NCBI GenBank assembly: GCA_034530615.2
Contig: JAVRCV020000046.1
Location: 32,001 to 96,000, forward strand
Length of the DNA: 64,000 bases
DNA from: Aulosira sp. ZfuVER01
GTDB lineage: Bacteria; Cyanobacteriota; Cyanobacteriia; Cyanobacteriales; Nostocaceae
Direction of reading: 5' to 3'
Part shown: positions 30,471 to 41,981 of the stretch, piece by piece
Numbering within the stretch: the first letter of the stretch is position 1
Layout of the letters: every line of letters begins with the position of its first letter
Program-made: the position numbers and the translations under genes
The notes under the pieces: generated by a model
What the model was told of the DNA's origin: nothing
Seen by the model: only the letters and a program-made list of their open reading frames with translations
Database searches by the model: none

Positions 30471-30986
30471 TTCATCCTCCCGAATCACATACAGTGTAGA
30501 GAGTTAGATCCGGAAAGGTGTCACGGGCTTATTCACATAGCCGAAAATATTTCTCATTGGTCTAAACATAACACTTGAATCTGTAAGGAGATTGGTAGGA
30601 CTCTACAGGTCGTTATAACTACAAGTTCATATCTTTGTAAGCTCTGCTGCTAAATGATTGTGGCTTCTAATTTACCCTAAAAAAGTTAATTATTATCTAG
30701 GGGCAGCTTTATCCATAACCCTAGAGCGTAATACAAATTTAACGTAAAATTAATATTTAGCTTATACTACAAATACTACTGCAAAGCTTATTCTTTATAT
30801 ATCTTTGTATTTCTTTATATTGTTTTCTGATATTTGATACCAATTTGAAAAAAGAATGCAACAGATGGATTCCCATAAGCGACACACAAAAAGCAATTCC
30901 CGATCTAAAATCCAAAATGGTATGACATCGATTTTGATTGTCAGACAATCGGAGAATTTGAGAAGGCTTTGATTTATATCAGATTG

Positions 30987-31898
30987 CTATATATTGTTAA
31001 TTAATTTACTTTTACGTTCGCGAAACCATTGCAAACGTCTCTCAAAACGCTGCAAACTGTCGGGGTGTTGCTGCCCGATAATATAGTTCCAGAGAACTGT
31101 TTGAAATGTACGTGCCTCAATAAATAAATCCAATACCTCATCATCAATATTTAAACCATAGCCATTGATTGCTGCATCGGCTTGCTCTACATCCTTCCCA
31201 AAGACACGAGATGAGGCAACAAAACAAGCAATATCCCAAAAGATGGGGGCGATAAATGTATCCTCCCAGTCACCCCACAATATCCCGCGTGTGGTATTCA
31301 AAACATTCGACGGGTTAGAGTCGCCGTGAACAGGTTGCATGGGTAAGTCTAGTTGCTGGAACTTAATTTTTAACCGTTCGTTCACTTGTTGCAGCATTTC
31401 TGCGTCTGCGGGGCTGAATACTCTCTCGCTGCAAAGTTGGGAGAAAATCTGCTCAGATTCTGATAATGCATCAAGAACAGGAAGTTCGCCATCAAAATCT
31501 ACGAGTGCTTCGTGACACTCACGTAAAGCCTCTCCCGCAGTAGCTGGATCTACTGGCTTGTCTAATTCTCGGACAAATTCCCAAAAGCTTAAAACCAAAC
31601 CGTTGTGGTGATAGGGGCCAGGTGAAACGACTGTACTAGGAGGCATAACAGGTGCACCTGCTGCTGTCAGATGACTCGCAACTGCAATTTCTCGTTTTAA
31701 CCATGCATCGCCTTTGCGGACTGTTCCTGTTGTCGTCGCTACCCGCGCAACTACTGGAGTTGGGTGCAGATGTACGAGCAAATTACTACGGTCTGCCAAA
31801 ATAATTGCTGTATCAAATTTAATTTTTTGCTGTTGAGCAACTTCATGTACAGTACGTACCGCAGCTTGTACGTGAACTGCATGACCCTTTTGAGTCAT
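30987..31898 (-). CDS. Aminoglycoside phosphotransferase/kinase-like protein
   Basis: VHGDSNPSNV, WGDWED, WDIA. Confidence 0.85.
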   Translation of the reverse strand: MTQKGHAVHVQAAVRTVHEVAQQQKIKFDTAIILADRSNLLVHLHPTPVVARVATTTGTVRKGDAWLKREIAVASHLTAAGAPVMPPSTVVSPGPYHHNGLVLSFWEFVRELDKPVDPATAGEALRECHEALVDFDGELPVLDALSESEQIFSQLCSERVFSPADAEMLQQVNERLKIKFQQLDLPMQPVHGDSNPSNVLNTTRGILWGDWEDTFIAPIFWDIACFVASSRVFGKDVEQADAAINGYGLNIDDEVLDLFIEARTFQTVLWNYIIGQQHPDSLQRFERRLQWFRERKSKLINNI

Positions 31899-32506
31899 CG
31901 TTTAACCTTTGAAATCTGCATAAACCACCATCTATTACCATATCTCTATGCATTATCAAGAAAGCGCGATGATTCTAAAGTAGAACTCGCTAACTTAAAT
32001 CCAATTAGCAAAACTTTTGATGCTGTAAATGAATTATCAGCAGAGCAAAAAAGTAATAACTATATTGCAGTCAGTGCTTTTAAGATTGGTACTGCTCTGT
32101 ATGAAGATATTCAAAATTTAGCTGAAGGTGGTGGACGGTTGAATTTTTCCGAAGTCATCAAACATCGGAGAAACACCATTGGCAAAGTACTAGCAGATGT
32201 AATTTAAGGATATTAACGAATGATATAGGTAGCCGTCAGTCTCAAGAGTCTGGCTCAAAATAGCGCATCTGCATATTTATGGCGGGTGCAGTGCTGCTAC
32301 CAATTCACGAAAAATCTATTTGTATCATTCTTAAAGTGAAATGGTATGACTCCTAAACCTGCACAAAGACAGTCAAAATTGTGACGATATAAATAAGTAA
32401 AACTAATCACTTGTATCAGTTTTACAAAAGTATTAATACTTGATTAACTTTTGTAAAGCAGTGTAAAGTAACATTACAGACGCAAACAAAGTTGTCTGAT
32501 TCATAA

Positions 32507-33613
<1,107 letters not shown>

Positions 33614-33647
33614 TTCTTGAGAAAGGGATTATAGCTTCTCTGTGAAT

Positions 33648-33681
33648 CAAAAGCGCTCTCCCACTTGGGAGGGCGCTTTTT
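33648..33681. terminator. Hairpin terminator between psbA and pAgo
   Basis: AAAAGCGCTCTCCCA-ct-TGGGAGGGCGCTTTT. Confidence 0.8.
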
Positions 33682-33737
33682 CATGCTGATTTTGTATTAA
33701 AAGCGCTCACAAAATATTTGTAACGTTGAAGTTAATT

Positions 33738-36059
33738 TTAGAGCCAAAACTGGCGATCGCCTTCAACTGTACCCGGAGCAATTCCTTGTAACCGCCGATA
33801 AGCTATTTTGTCAGAACCGTATAGTGGTACGGGTAAGCGAGGTTCTTTCAATGCTCCGTGATGTAGCAATGTCAGTTTAAGAGTAGCTTCTATTAAACTT
33901 TCAATTGATACTTGCTGTTCATGTTCAGGATCGGGAATAACCTTTAAACGTAGAGGATAAGGTAAACCCATTTTCTCAGACTTAACTTCAGTAGTGACTA
34001 AAATTACTTCATACGGCGATAAGCGAAGAGCTAACCCTTTAGTTGGTGCTGTGACTACAGACTGCTGAAATTTATATAGTCGTGGAATCTGAGATTTTAC
34101 ACACTCTACCAAAATAAACTTTGAACCAATAACTTTTGCTCTTTCTCTTAAATTCTTTATTTCATCACCACAAAAACGTCCATCACGGTAAATTAGTACA
34201 GTTTTTTGTCTTAATTCAGCAGATGGTAGAAACCTCTCTAGTGTTCGTTTATCAATTGTTTCCCCTTCGGTTAAAGCATCTTCCAGTCGGTAACGAATAA
34301 ACTCCCCTCGCTTGTCATAGAGACGTACACTCGCACAGACATTTCTACTTCCGATTCCCTTCTTTTTAGAAATTCTGGAAACATCAAAGCCGATAAAATA
34401 ATCAGCAATTTCTAAAGGTTCAGCTAAAATAAAGGGTAAGTTTCCTAACTTTGCAAGAATTCCTGGAATTACCTGATGAAGGATATTCCCATAATTACTG
34501 GTGTTTTTTAATGTATCTTCATAAATTACTTGACTAGCAATTTCACGCCGGAGTAAGCGTGAAGAAATAAAAGAATAAAAGCTACCATCATCACTATTAT
34601 CAGCCTGACGATCGCGCTGAGGGAGAAATGTCAAAACAATGTCAGTAGGAATTGCCATTAATTCATTAATAGCTTCTTTAAATTTTTTTCTATCTTCAGG
34701 AACTGCCATTAGTTTATCAACAGCTTCTTCAACTTTTTCTCTATCTTCAGGCACACTTGAACTACTTACTGTTACACCAACCCGATGAACAATTATACTT
34801 TCAAAACCATAGTATTTTAGACGTTTCTGAACTTCCCTGATAAAAGGATCTACCTTCAAATCACAAAGCTTCAAAGCTGTAATGCGAATCGGTGTTGCTT
34901 TATCTTCATATTGAGCTTGACGACGATAAACGCTTCCTTGTGATAGTCCTTTAAGGACATCTCCTCTCCTACTTATAAAATTTTTACCAGATTTATCCTT
35001 TCCAAATAGAAGTTGAGTATCTTCAAGCTTAAATTTTAGTGGCAAGAATAATTCAGAGCAATTGCCGCTCTTTCTACTATTAATACAGGTTTCTGATAAC
35101 ACAAATCCATAAATACTTAGAGCAAGTGCAGCTTCTTTTTTATATGAAGCCAAACTATTTTGCCGCTCTTGATAAGGAATCTTAGCCTCTTTAAGTAAAT
35201 CCCCATAGTTTACATCAAATTTTTTGGCTGTATCCTCTGTGACACAAGGAATAAGAGCAGCCATTGCATAAGGATACCGTTTTTTATTCTTACCAAATTG
35301 CACAAGTACAACAGGTTGATCTCTAGGTGCTTCACGAATAGCAATTTCACTAGTTGATGCAGGCTTATACTTGAGTAGTTCTTCTTCACGCTCACCAATA
35401 GTTCCTTCAATATCTACAATAGTAGCTGAACTACCCTTTTCAATATCTCGAACATTTAAACCAATTAATAAATCTCTTGGATTTTGTCTGTAAGGATGAT
35501 TCTCGTAGAATTCAGACAATTTTCCTTTATATACAAAAGAACTGCGAACGGTTATAGCAATAGCAGGGTGTAAAATATTTTTAATTTCAATTATTTCTGC
35601 CCAAATTTTCGCTTCTCGCCTAACTTCAACGTTGTTAAATAGAGTAGTAAAACATGAAAATGGTCGTCTAAATTTTAATATTCTTATAGCTAGTTCAGAA
35701 AAAATATCAGCAGATATCTGTGCTTGGCTTACCCATTGGATTGAATAGTAGCGATCGCCAATATCTTTTTTCAATTCCTCTTGAATTCCTGTTAAAGCTT
35801 TTCGCCATTCATCTAAACTTGGCATTGCTTGATCAGGTTTAGCTAAAACCCAAAAATTTCCATCTGCAAAGATCACCATAATGTCAGGAAATTTCTGACT
35901 AAACCGCCAACTTAAACGATTTCCTATTTCAGTATCTACTCTAGGAGTCAGTCGAAAGCAGATTAAGTTAGGTTGAGGAATATTGAGTAAAAATATTTCT
36001 GCCAAAAATATTGGGGATATATTAGTTTTTAAGGAGGATTGAAGCACACCAGCAGTCAT
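33738..36059 (-). CDS. ago: Long prokaryotic Argonaute (PIWI domain, DEDD tetrad)
   Basis: MID motifs Y...IASQVI and [40 protein letters not shown]; start ATG 36059. Confidence 0.93.
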   Translation of the reverse strand: MTAGVLQSSLKTNISPIFLAEIFLLNIPQPNLICFRLTPRVDTEIGNRLSWRFSQKFPDIMVIFADGNFWVLAKPDQAMPSLDEWRKALTGIQEELKKDIGDRYYSIQWVSQAQISADIFSELAIRILKFRRPFSCFTTLFNNVEVRREAKIWAEIIEIKNILHPAIAITVRSSFVYKGKLSEFYENHPYRQNPRDLLIGLNVRDIEKGSSATIVDIEGTIGEREEELLKYKPASTSEIAIREAPRDQPVVLVQFGKNKKRYPYAMAALIPCVTEDTAKKFDVNYGDLLKEAKIPYQERQNSLASYKKEAALALSIYGFVLSETCINSRKSGNCSELFLPLKFKLEDTQLLFGKDKSGKNFISRRGDVLKGLSQGSVYRRQAQYEDKATPIRITALKLCDLKVDPFIREVQKRLKYYGFESIIVHRVGVTVSSSSVPEDREKVEEAVDKLMAVPEDRKKFKEAINELMAIPTDIVLTFLPQRDRQADNSDDGSFYSFISSRLLRREIASQVIYEDTLKNTSNYGNILHQVIPGILAKLGNLPFILAEPLEIADYFIGFDVSRISKKKGIGSRNVCASVRLYDKRGEFIRYRLEDALTEGETIDKRTLERFLPSAELRQKTVLIYRDGRFCGDEIKNLRERAKVIGSKFILVECVKSQIPRLYKFQQSVVTAPTKGLALRLSPYEVILVTTEVKSEKMGLPYPLRLKVIPDPEHEQQVSIESLIEATLKLTLLHHGALKEPRLPVPLYGSDKIAYRRLQGIAPGTVEGDRQFWL

Positions 36060-36877
36060 GTAGAAACCTCCGATATAGTAAATTCGCAAATTGAGTTAAA
36101 CGAACAGTAGCGACAACTTACACCTGGATTTTGGGGAAATATTTGACTGAAATCAGCAGAATTTTTACGGTAGCGTCTCAATTCCTCTTGATGTCGTTGA
36201 GCTATTAAAGCAAGTTCTATTTGAAAAGCCTTAAGAGTGTTAGATGTTGCGCTAATAGGTTCTGACCAGTTACCATTTTCTAAGTTATAAAAAGACGCTA
36301 CTGCTTTGTGCTGGGGGTACAAATAACTAGCAGCTAGTAAGTAAATATACCCTTGTCGCCGATCAAAATCAGAGTGCCCAGTTTTGAAATCTAAAATGTG
36401 TAAAGTATCATCTTCTTCAGCAAAAATGCAGTCAATCGCAGCATAGAAGTTAAAAGACTGATTACCCTGCTTAATAAGAATTGGTTTTGGAAAACCCTCA
36501 TCGCCTCGGCTAAGTTGAATAATTTTCTTCTTAGCAAGAATTGGATTTTGCTGGTAGTTTGTCAGTATCTGAACTACTCGCTGCTGAACCAAATCTGACT
36601 CTTTCCGCAATTCCAGAATCTCTTTCATTTGTTCTACAGCATCTTCTTGATGTAACATTAGGGAGTTTTCATGAAACTCATAAACCCCCCTTTGTGCTAG
36701 TAATCCAATTCGCTGAGGAGTGCTATCGCTTGCCAAGATTGCTGCAACCGCAGGTTCTCGCGATCGCGCTTTTGTAAAACCTCGTTTCATATCACAGTGT
36801 AAGTGTTCTTTCCCTATGGGTGGAGAATACTGCAACCATAGGTTGTAACTGGCAAATGGTAGCCAATTTTGGCTCAT
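36056..36877 (-). CDS. Cas4-like PD-(D/E)XK nuclease with four Cys (putative 4Fe-4S), Argonaute-associated (ACE1-like)
   Basis: AIDCI...ILDFKTG, QGYIY, N-terminal HCD and C-terminal [14 protein letters not shown] overlap with ago. Confidence 0.88.
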   Translation of the reverse strand: MSQNWLPFASYNLWLQYSPPIGKEHLHCDMKRGFTKARSREPAVAAILASDSTPQRIGLLAQRGVYEFHENSLMLHQEDAVEQMKEILELRKESDLVQQRVVQILTNYQQNPILAKKKIIQLSRGDEGFPKPILIKQGNQSFNFYAAIDCIFAEEDDTLHILDFKTGHSDFDRRQGYIYLLAASYLYPQHKAVASFYNLENGNWSEPISATSNTLKAFQIELALIAQRHQEELRRYRKNSADFSQIFPQNPGVSCRYCSFNSICEFTISEVST

Positions 36878-36915
36878 TGATGTCAAGTTCCAGAAGTCAG
36901 AAGGAATACAAGGTT

Positions 36916-37137
36916 TTATTTGGTGAGGATTTCGTAGATTGCTGTGCTGGTTTTGTTGGGTGTTGATATACCAATCTTGTTTGCTTGTTCAAAAGTGCGT
37001 AAGCCTAGTAACATCTGTTCCGCAGCTTTCGTTAATTGTGGATTACCGCTTGAGTTTTGAATTTCCTCAAGTAGAACTGCTAAGGGTCTTCCTATTGAAA
37101 AACATAATTGTTCAGGATTTGAGGATTGTGTCTTCAT
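36916..37137 (-). CDS. Small hypothetical protein, first gene of the ago operon
   Basis: SD AGAGG upstream; 73 aa; co-oriented and ~40 nt before the nuclease. Confidence 0.6.
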   Translation of the reverse strand: MKTQSSNPEQLCFSIGRPLAVLLEEIQNSSGNPQLTKAAEQMLLGLRTFEQANKIGISTPNKTSTAIYEILTK

Positions 37138-37192
37138 ATCTTTTACCTCTATGCAAAACTTTGTAAGTCAATGAGCATAGCAACAGTCGGAA

Positions 37193-37316
37193 TTGATATA
37201 TAATTTCAACTTAGTTACCAGTCAGGTACTTATAGTTGAACTATATTATTCAACTTGAATTAATTTTGTCAACTAGTTATTTTGTTTTAAATAAATGTTG
37301 ATTTTATTATTCAACA
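37193..37316. promoter_or_regulatory. Four TTGA-N9/10-TCAA(C) operator-like palindromes in the divergent promoter region
   Basis: At 37193-37210, 37234-37255 (AGTTGAA-N8-TTCAACT), 37255-37273 and 37296-37316 (TGTTGA-N9-TCAACA). Confidence 0.6.
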
Positions 37317-37476
37317 CTGATATCATCTATGCACAAGTAGATAAATTGGGGTAAATTATAGCCCCATAACTCCTGGAAACCATTGATGTGCAAAGCTTTT
37401 AGCCTTATATAGCTCAAGTAGATCTAAGGCTTATCATGTATGCTTCAGAAATTGCGTCAGGTAGTTGAATGCGATT

Positions 37477-38565
37477 ATGGATAAACAAGAGAGTCAAAGT
37501 TTTGGCAAGTGTATTTGGCAAGCTCGTAGAAAAAAAGGATTGAGTCAGCGTGAACTAGCGGTAAAGGTAGGAGTGGACTATACCTACTTATCTAAGCTAG
37601 AAAATGACCACGTTGAGCCAAGTGAAAAAGTGATCCGTTCTTTAGCAGAACATCTCAGTTTGAATGCCTTAGAGCTAATCTACTTAGCTGGACGCATGAC
37701 TCAAAATGACTCAGAAGCTCTTGAGGAATTAGTTAAAGCTAACTACAAGGAGATGCCTGCTTTATTCCGTCGAGTGCAGGAAAATCCAGGTATTGATTCA
37801 TTGGTAAAGGCACGAGATGAGAGAATTACAAGATTGCAAAAAGAAAATGCTGAACTGAAAGCTAAAGTTTCATCTCTGGAAAAAGAACTCCAGATTTATA
37901 ACTTTTATTCAAAAAAGGAAATTGAATGTGTTGCTAATAATACTTTAAAGCTTATGCATAAAAACAACTATCCTCCAAGATGGCCTATGGATGCCTCTCG
38001 TGTAGCTGATTCTTTAGATATAGCGATCTCTTTTGCCAAAATATTTCCTGATGAGCAAGGGCCAATAGTAGCTAAAATTTTACCGTGGGAACGTGAAATT
38101 ATACTCAATCAAGATATTCAAGAATTACAAGGAAAACTTCACGAATCTACAATAGCCCATGAAATTGGTCACTGGTTAATGCACGTAACACAATATAAAA
38201 CAGAAAAGATAAGAAAAGAGATAAATAATAATATAGAGGTTGAAGAAACTCAAAATATATTTTTATGTCGCAGTATTATTGAACAACTTGACACATATAA
38301 AGTTAATATAAAACACGATCATATCGAATGGCAAGCTGAATATTTTGCCAGTTGCTTATTGATGCCAACATTTAAGCTAGAAGAAGTGCGAAGAGGACGC
38401 GATTTAACAAAGTGGCATCATATTTATGCAATTGCTGATGATCTTGGTGTAACAATATCTAAGCTCATCAATCGTTTGCAAGACATCGGTTGGGTTCATA
38501 TTCCTAAAGGTTCTAAGCAAATATTTCTAGGAAATATAGAATCAGAATCTCAACAAAGAAATTAG
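37477..38565 (+). CDS. XRE HTH + coiled coil + ImmA/IrrE (M78) metallopeptidase fusion
   Basis: GLSQRELAVKVGVDYTYLSKLEN; TIAHEIGHW; EWQAEYFASCLLMP. Confidence 0.9.
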   Translation: MDKQESQSFGKCIWQARRKKGLSQRELAVKVGVDYTYLSKLENDHVEPSEKVIRSLAEHLSLNALELIYLAGRMTQNDSEALEELVKANYKEMPALFRRVQENPGIDSLVKARDERITRLQKENAELKAKVSSLEKELQIYNFYSKKEIECVANNTLKLMHKNNYPPRWPMDASRVADSLDIAISFAKIFPDEQGPIVAKILPWEREIILNQDIQELQGKLHESTIAHEIGHWLMHVTQYKTEKIRKEINNNIEVEETQNIFLCRSIIEQLDTYKVNIKHDHIEWQAEYFASCLLMPTFKLEEVRRGRDLTKWHHIYAIADDLGVTISKLINRLQDIGWVHIPKGSKQIFLGNIESESQQRN

Positions 38566-38597
38566 TTGGTAATGAGCCAAGAAGGTGAGGAGTAAAA

Positions 38598-39293
38598 ATG
38601 AACATCTTCAAGAAATATCAATTTTATCGCAAAGAACAAATTGAGTTGAAAGCTAATCAAGTTTTAAGAATTATGGAGGTTGAGAATTTTCCGCCAAAAT
38701 GGCCTTTTGAGGCTAGTCGTGCTGCTGATGCTTTGGGAATAATGATTGACTGGCAAAGCATACCTCCTGATACTCAAGGGCCTATAGTAGCTAAGATTCT
38801 CCCATTGCAAAGAAAGATTGTACTTAATGAATCTATTCCACAACTAAGTGGAGGATTTGAACAATCTACAATCGCCCATGAAATTGGTCACTGGGTACTT
38901 CATGTCAATCAAGATGAAGCGGATGGTCTTACAGAACAGTTAGAATTAAATTTAGGGCTAGAAGATGCCACAAAATATTTTTTGTGCCGCACTGTAGACG
39001 CTAAAACTAGCCAGATAAATATAAATAGCCAGTTAGAGAATATTGAATGGCAAGCTCAGTTTTTTGCTAGTTGTCTGTTAATGCCTCTACAGATTCTAGA
39101 GGCTACAAGGAAAGGGCGTGATTTAACTAACTGGAAACATCTTTATGCTATACAAGAGGAACTTGGTGTAACCATATCTAATCTTGTGTATCGTTTGCAA
39201 GACCTTGGCTGGATTTACATTCCCAAGGGTTCTAAGCAAATTTATCCTGGTAAAGCAGCACCGAATAGGCAGACAAATTTATTTAATAGATAA
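38598..39293 (+). CDS. ImmA/IrrE family metallopeptidase
   Basis: TIAHEIGHW; EWQAQFFASCLLMP; paralogous to the C-terminal half of the upstream gene. Confidence 0.9.
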   Translation: MNIFKKYQFYRKEQIELKANQVLRIMEVENFPPKWPFEASRAADALGIMIDWQSIPPDTQGPIVAKILPLQRKIVLNESIPQLSGGFEQSTIAHEIGHWVLHVNQDEADGLTEQLELNLGLEDATKYFLCRTVDAKTSQININSQLENIEWQAQFFASCLLMPLQILEATRKGRDLTNWKHLYAIQEELGVTISNLVYRLQDLGWIYIPKGSKQIYPGKAAPNRQTNLFNR

Positions 39294-39509
39294 AGTGCGA
39301 TCGCTCTCCATCATCTCCAAAAAGCGATCACCTCACTAAACTAGAAAGTAAGATGCTGGGATAAGTTTATGGACACCGCTACAATCACTTTACCTTCTAC
39401 AATCAAGTGAAAAATCGAATTGACTGATGATCAATATGGTGCAGAACGTTCTCCCGATAACTTAAAATAGTTTTTTCTGAAATTAAAAATTTAAAACTTT
39501 TGAGAAACT

Positions 39510-39971
39510 ATGGCTATTAAAGTTGGCGATACTGCTCCTGATTTCACTCTACCTGCTCAAAACGGCTCAATGGTGAGCCTGAAAGATTTTCGGGGGAAAA
39601 ATGCTGTAGTCCTATATTTTTATCCCAAGGACGACACACCGGGATGTACTGCTGAATCTTGCGCCTTTCGCGATCGCTATGAAGTGTTTAAAACCGCTGG
39701 CGCTGAAGTAATTGGTGTGAGTGGTGACTCTAATGAATCACATCAGAAATTTGCTGCGAAGTACAATCTACCGTTTACTCTGTTGAGTGACAAAGGCGAC
39801 CAAGTGCGGAAGCTATACGGTGCAACTGCTGCTTTTGGTTTGTTCCCAGGACGGGTGACTTATGTGATTGACCAACAGGGAGTTGTGCAATATGTTTTCG
39901 ATTCAATGTTTAACTTTCAAGGTCACGTTGAAGAGGCTCTGAAAAAGTTGCAACAGCTAGCCGCTAAGTAA
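39510..39971 (+). CDS. bcp: Peroxiredoxin (BCP/PrxQ)
   Basis: [20 protein letters not shown]. Confidence 0.93.
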   Translation: MAIKVGDTAPDFTLPAQNGSMVSLKDFRGKNAVVLYFYPKDDTPGCTAESCAFRDRYEVFKTAGAEVIGVSGDSNESHQKFAAKYNLPFTLLSDKGDQVRKLYGATAAFGLFPGRVTYVIDQQGVVQYVFDSMFNFQGHVEEALKKLQQLAAK

Positions 39972-40028
39972 AAAATCGGGGAATAGTGCAGAAGCTACAG
40001 GAGCTTTTTGCACTATTCCCCAATTGCT

Positions 40029-40679
40029 TCATTTAGTCAAATAGGGTTTTTCCGAAGTGACAAAATTAGCATTGGCTGTTTTACCATTTTTGCCGTTGGT
40101 ATGGCCATTGTTATGGCGGGGTTGAATCACACCATAACCGCCATGATTGCGTTCATAAATTACATTAATTTCACCTGTCTCAGAATTTAGGAACATATAA
40201 AAGTCATGTCCTACCAGTTGCAGCTGTTCTAAAGCTTCTGCAACAGTCATTGGTGGCATGGAGAAATATTTAGTGCGAACGACTTCATTGGGTAGTTCGG
40301 GAGTGCGATCGCCAATTAGATCTGTAACTACTGGTTGCGGTACTACTACCTCGTTAGTTGGTTGAGCCTGAGTTTTCTTATCTTGACGTCTTTCTTTGTA
40401 TTTCCGCAATTGACGAGCAATTTTATCTGCTACTAAATCAATGCTGGCATATAAGTTTTCGCTGCTTTCCTCGGCACGGATGACGCTACCATTGGCATAT
40501 ATAGTGACTTCAGCCGCCTGTCTTGGATTAATTCGGGGATTGCGAGCTACGCTAAGGTGCACATCCACTTCATTTGTGATGTTCTGAAAGTGACTAACTG
40601 CCTTTTCTATTTTTTGATGCACGTAATCCCGAATCGCATCGGTGATTTCAATATTTTTGCCGTGGATGACAAGCTTCAT
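40029..40679 (-). CDS. lrtA: Ribosome hibernation factor HPF/LrtA
   Basis: [53 protein letters not shown]. Confidence 0.93.
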   Translation of the reverse strand: MKLVIHGKNIEITDAIRDYVHQKIEKAVSHFQNITNEVDVHLSVARNPRINPRQAAEVTIYANGSVIRAEESSENLYASIDLVADKIARQLRKYKERRQDKKTQAQPTNEVVVPQPVVTDLIGDRTPELPNEVVRTKYFSMPPMTVAEALEQLQLVGHDFYMFLNSETGEINVIYERNHGGYGVIQPRHNNGHTNGKNGKTANANFVTSEKPYLTK

Positions 40680-41306
40680 GTAAACTCTCCCGCTCAATAT
40701 TTATTTGATGTGAATTGGTTTTGTATGAAACGGAATTGCGGTAAGGTCTATCACTGCCGCCAAAACAATATCTGAAGCATTTTTATGTACAACCGATTCG
40801 CCTACCATGATTGTTGTTGTATCTTCACTTGTTACCGCGCGTTCCCTTAATCAACTTCTCTATGTCTGCGCTAATAGCCAACTGTTGCCAGACAATTGAC
40901 TACCTATGGAACATACCTAATTGAGTCAGCCTGAACAGCATTCCCCTGGCTTGCCCTTGCTATCGGCGCAATGTTTACATAACTATAAGTAGTTCTTTGT
41001 TTTTCCAGGGGTCGTTCGTTTCGCATAGAGAATAGTAGTGTTGTCGATGCAAACAATTTACTTTAGACGTCATCAGCCATTACATTTCTTCTTGTTATTT
41101 TGGCGTGATGCTTATTGCAGAGAATTCCTCCTAAAACCATTCAGGTTATATATTCAAACTAGCACTTTGTATTTTCTAAAGCGGGTTCCCTTGATGTTCC
41201 TTTAAAATCCTTTGCATAGCTTGACAATTTTTGACTCTAACCCAGTGACTTGAAACATAGTTTATCCCTACAACAGTTGATTTTTAGAGGAATCCGTAGT
41301 AAGCAA

Positions 41307-41981
41307 ATGCATTTATATCGCTGTTTGTTATATAACCAAGGGTTAATGCCTTACTTAGAGGCGTTGGCATGGCAACGATCGCTGATGAGCGATCGCATTC
41401 ACAACCCGGATCTAGATGATGTGTTGATTCTGCTCGAGCATCCCCCTGTCTACACCTTGGGACAAGGAGCTAATGTGGAATTTCTCAAATTTGACCTTGA
41501 CAAAAGTAACTTTGATGTCCACAGAGTCGAACGCGGCGGTGAAGTTACTTACCATTGTCCCGGTCAATTGGTGGGGTATCCGATTTTAAATCTGCAACGC
41601 TATCAAAAAGACTTACATTGGTACTTGCGGCAACTGGAAGAAGTTTTAATTCGGGTATTGGCAGTTTACAGATTGCAAGGTGAACGCATACCCGCATTTA
41701 CAGGTGTTTGGGTGGAAGGACGTAAGGTGGCAGCGATTGGAATTAAAGTCAGCCGTTGGATTACCATGCACGGCTTTGCCTTAAATGTCTGTCCTGAGAT
41801 GGAAGGCTTTACGAAAATTGTTCCCTGTGGGATTCCTGATAAACCCGTAGCAAGTTTAGCCGAATGGATTCCTGGGATTACTTGCCAAGAGGTACGCTTC
41901 CATGTTGCACAGTCTTTTGCTGAAGTCTTTGGCGTGGAATTGGTCGAGTCAGTAGATGAAGAATTTACTGTTCCAGAATAA
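41307..41981 (+). CDS. lipB: Octanoyltransferase LipB
   Basis: [45 protein letters not shown]. Confidence 0.95.
   Translation: MHLYRCLLYNQGLMPYLEALAWQRSLMSDRIHNPDLDDVLILLEHPPVYTLGQGANVEFLKFDLDKSNFDVHRVERGGEVTYHCPGQLVGYPILNLQRYQKDLHWYLRQLEEVLIRVLAVYRLQGERIPAFTGVWVEGRKVAAIGIKVSRWITMHGFALNVCPEMEGFTKIVPCGIPDKPVASLAEWIPGITCQEVRFHVAQSFAEVFGVELVESVDEEFTVPE

Noticed and set aside
31764..32207. 147-aa plus-strand ORF
   Set aside because: Its 5' part overlaps the APH-like gene on the opposite strand and it has no recognisable motif; it may be a gene relic but I cannot support that.
40700..41250. Possible ncRNA between lrtA and lipB
   Set aside because: I recognised no structure or family; it is compatible with a long lrtA leader and divergent promoters.
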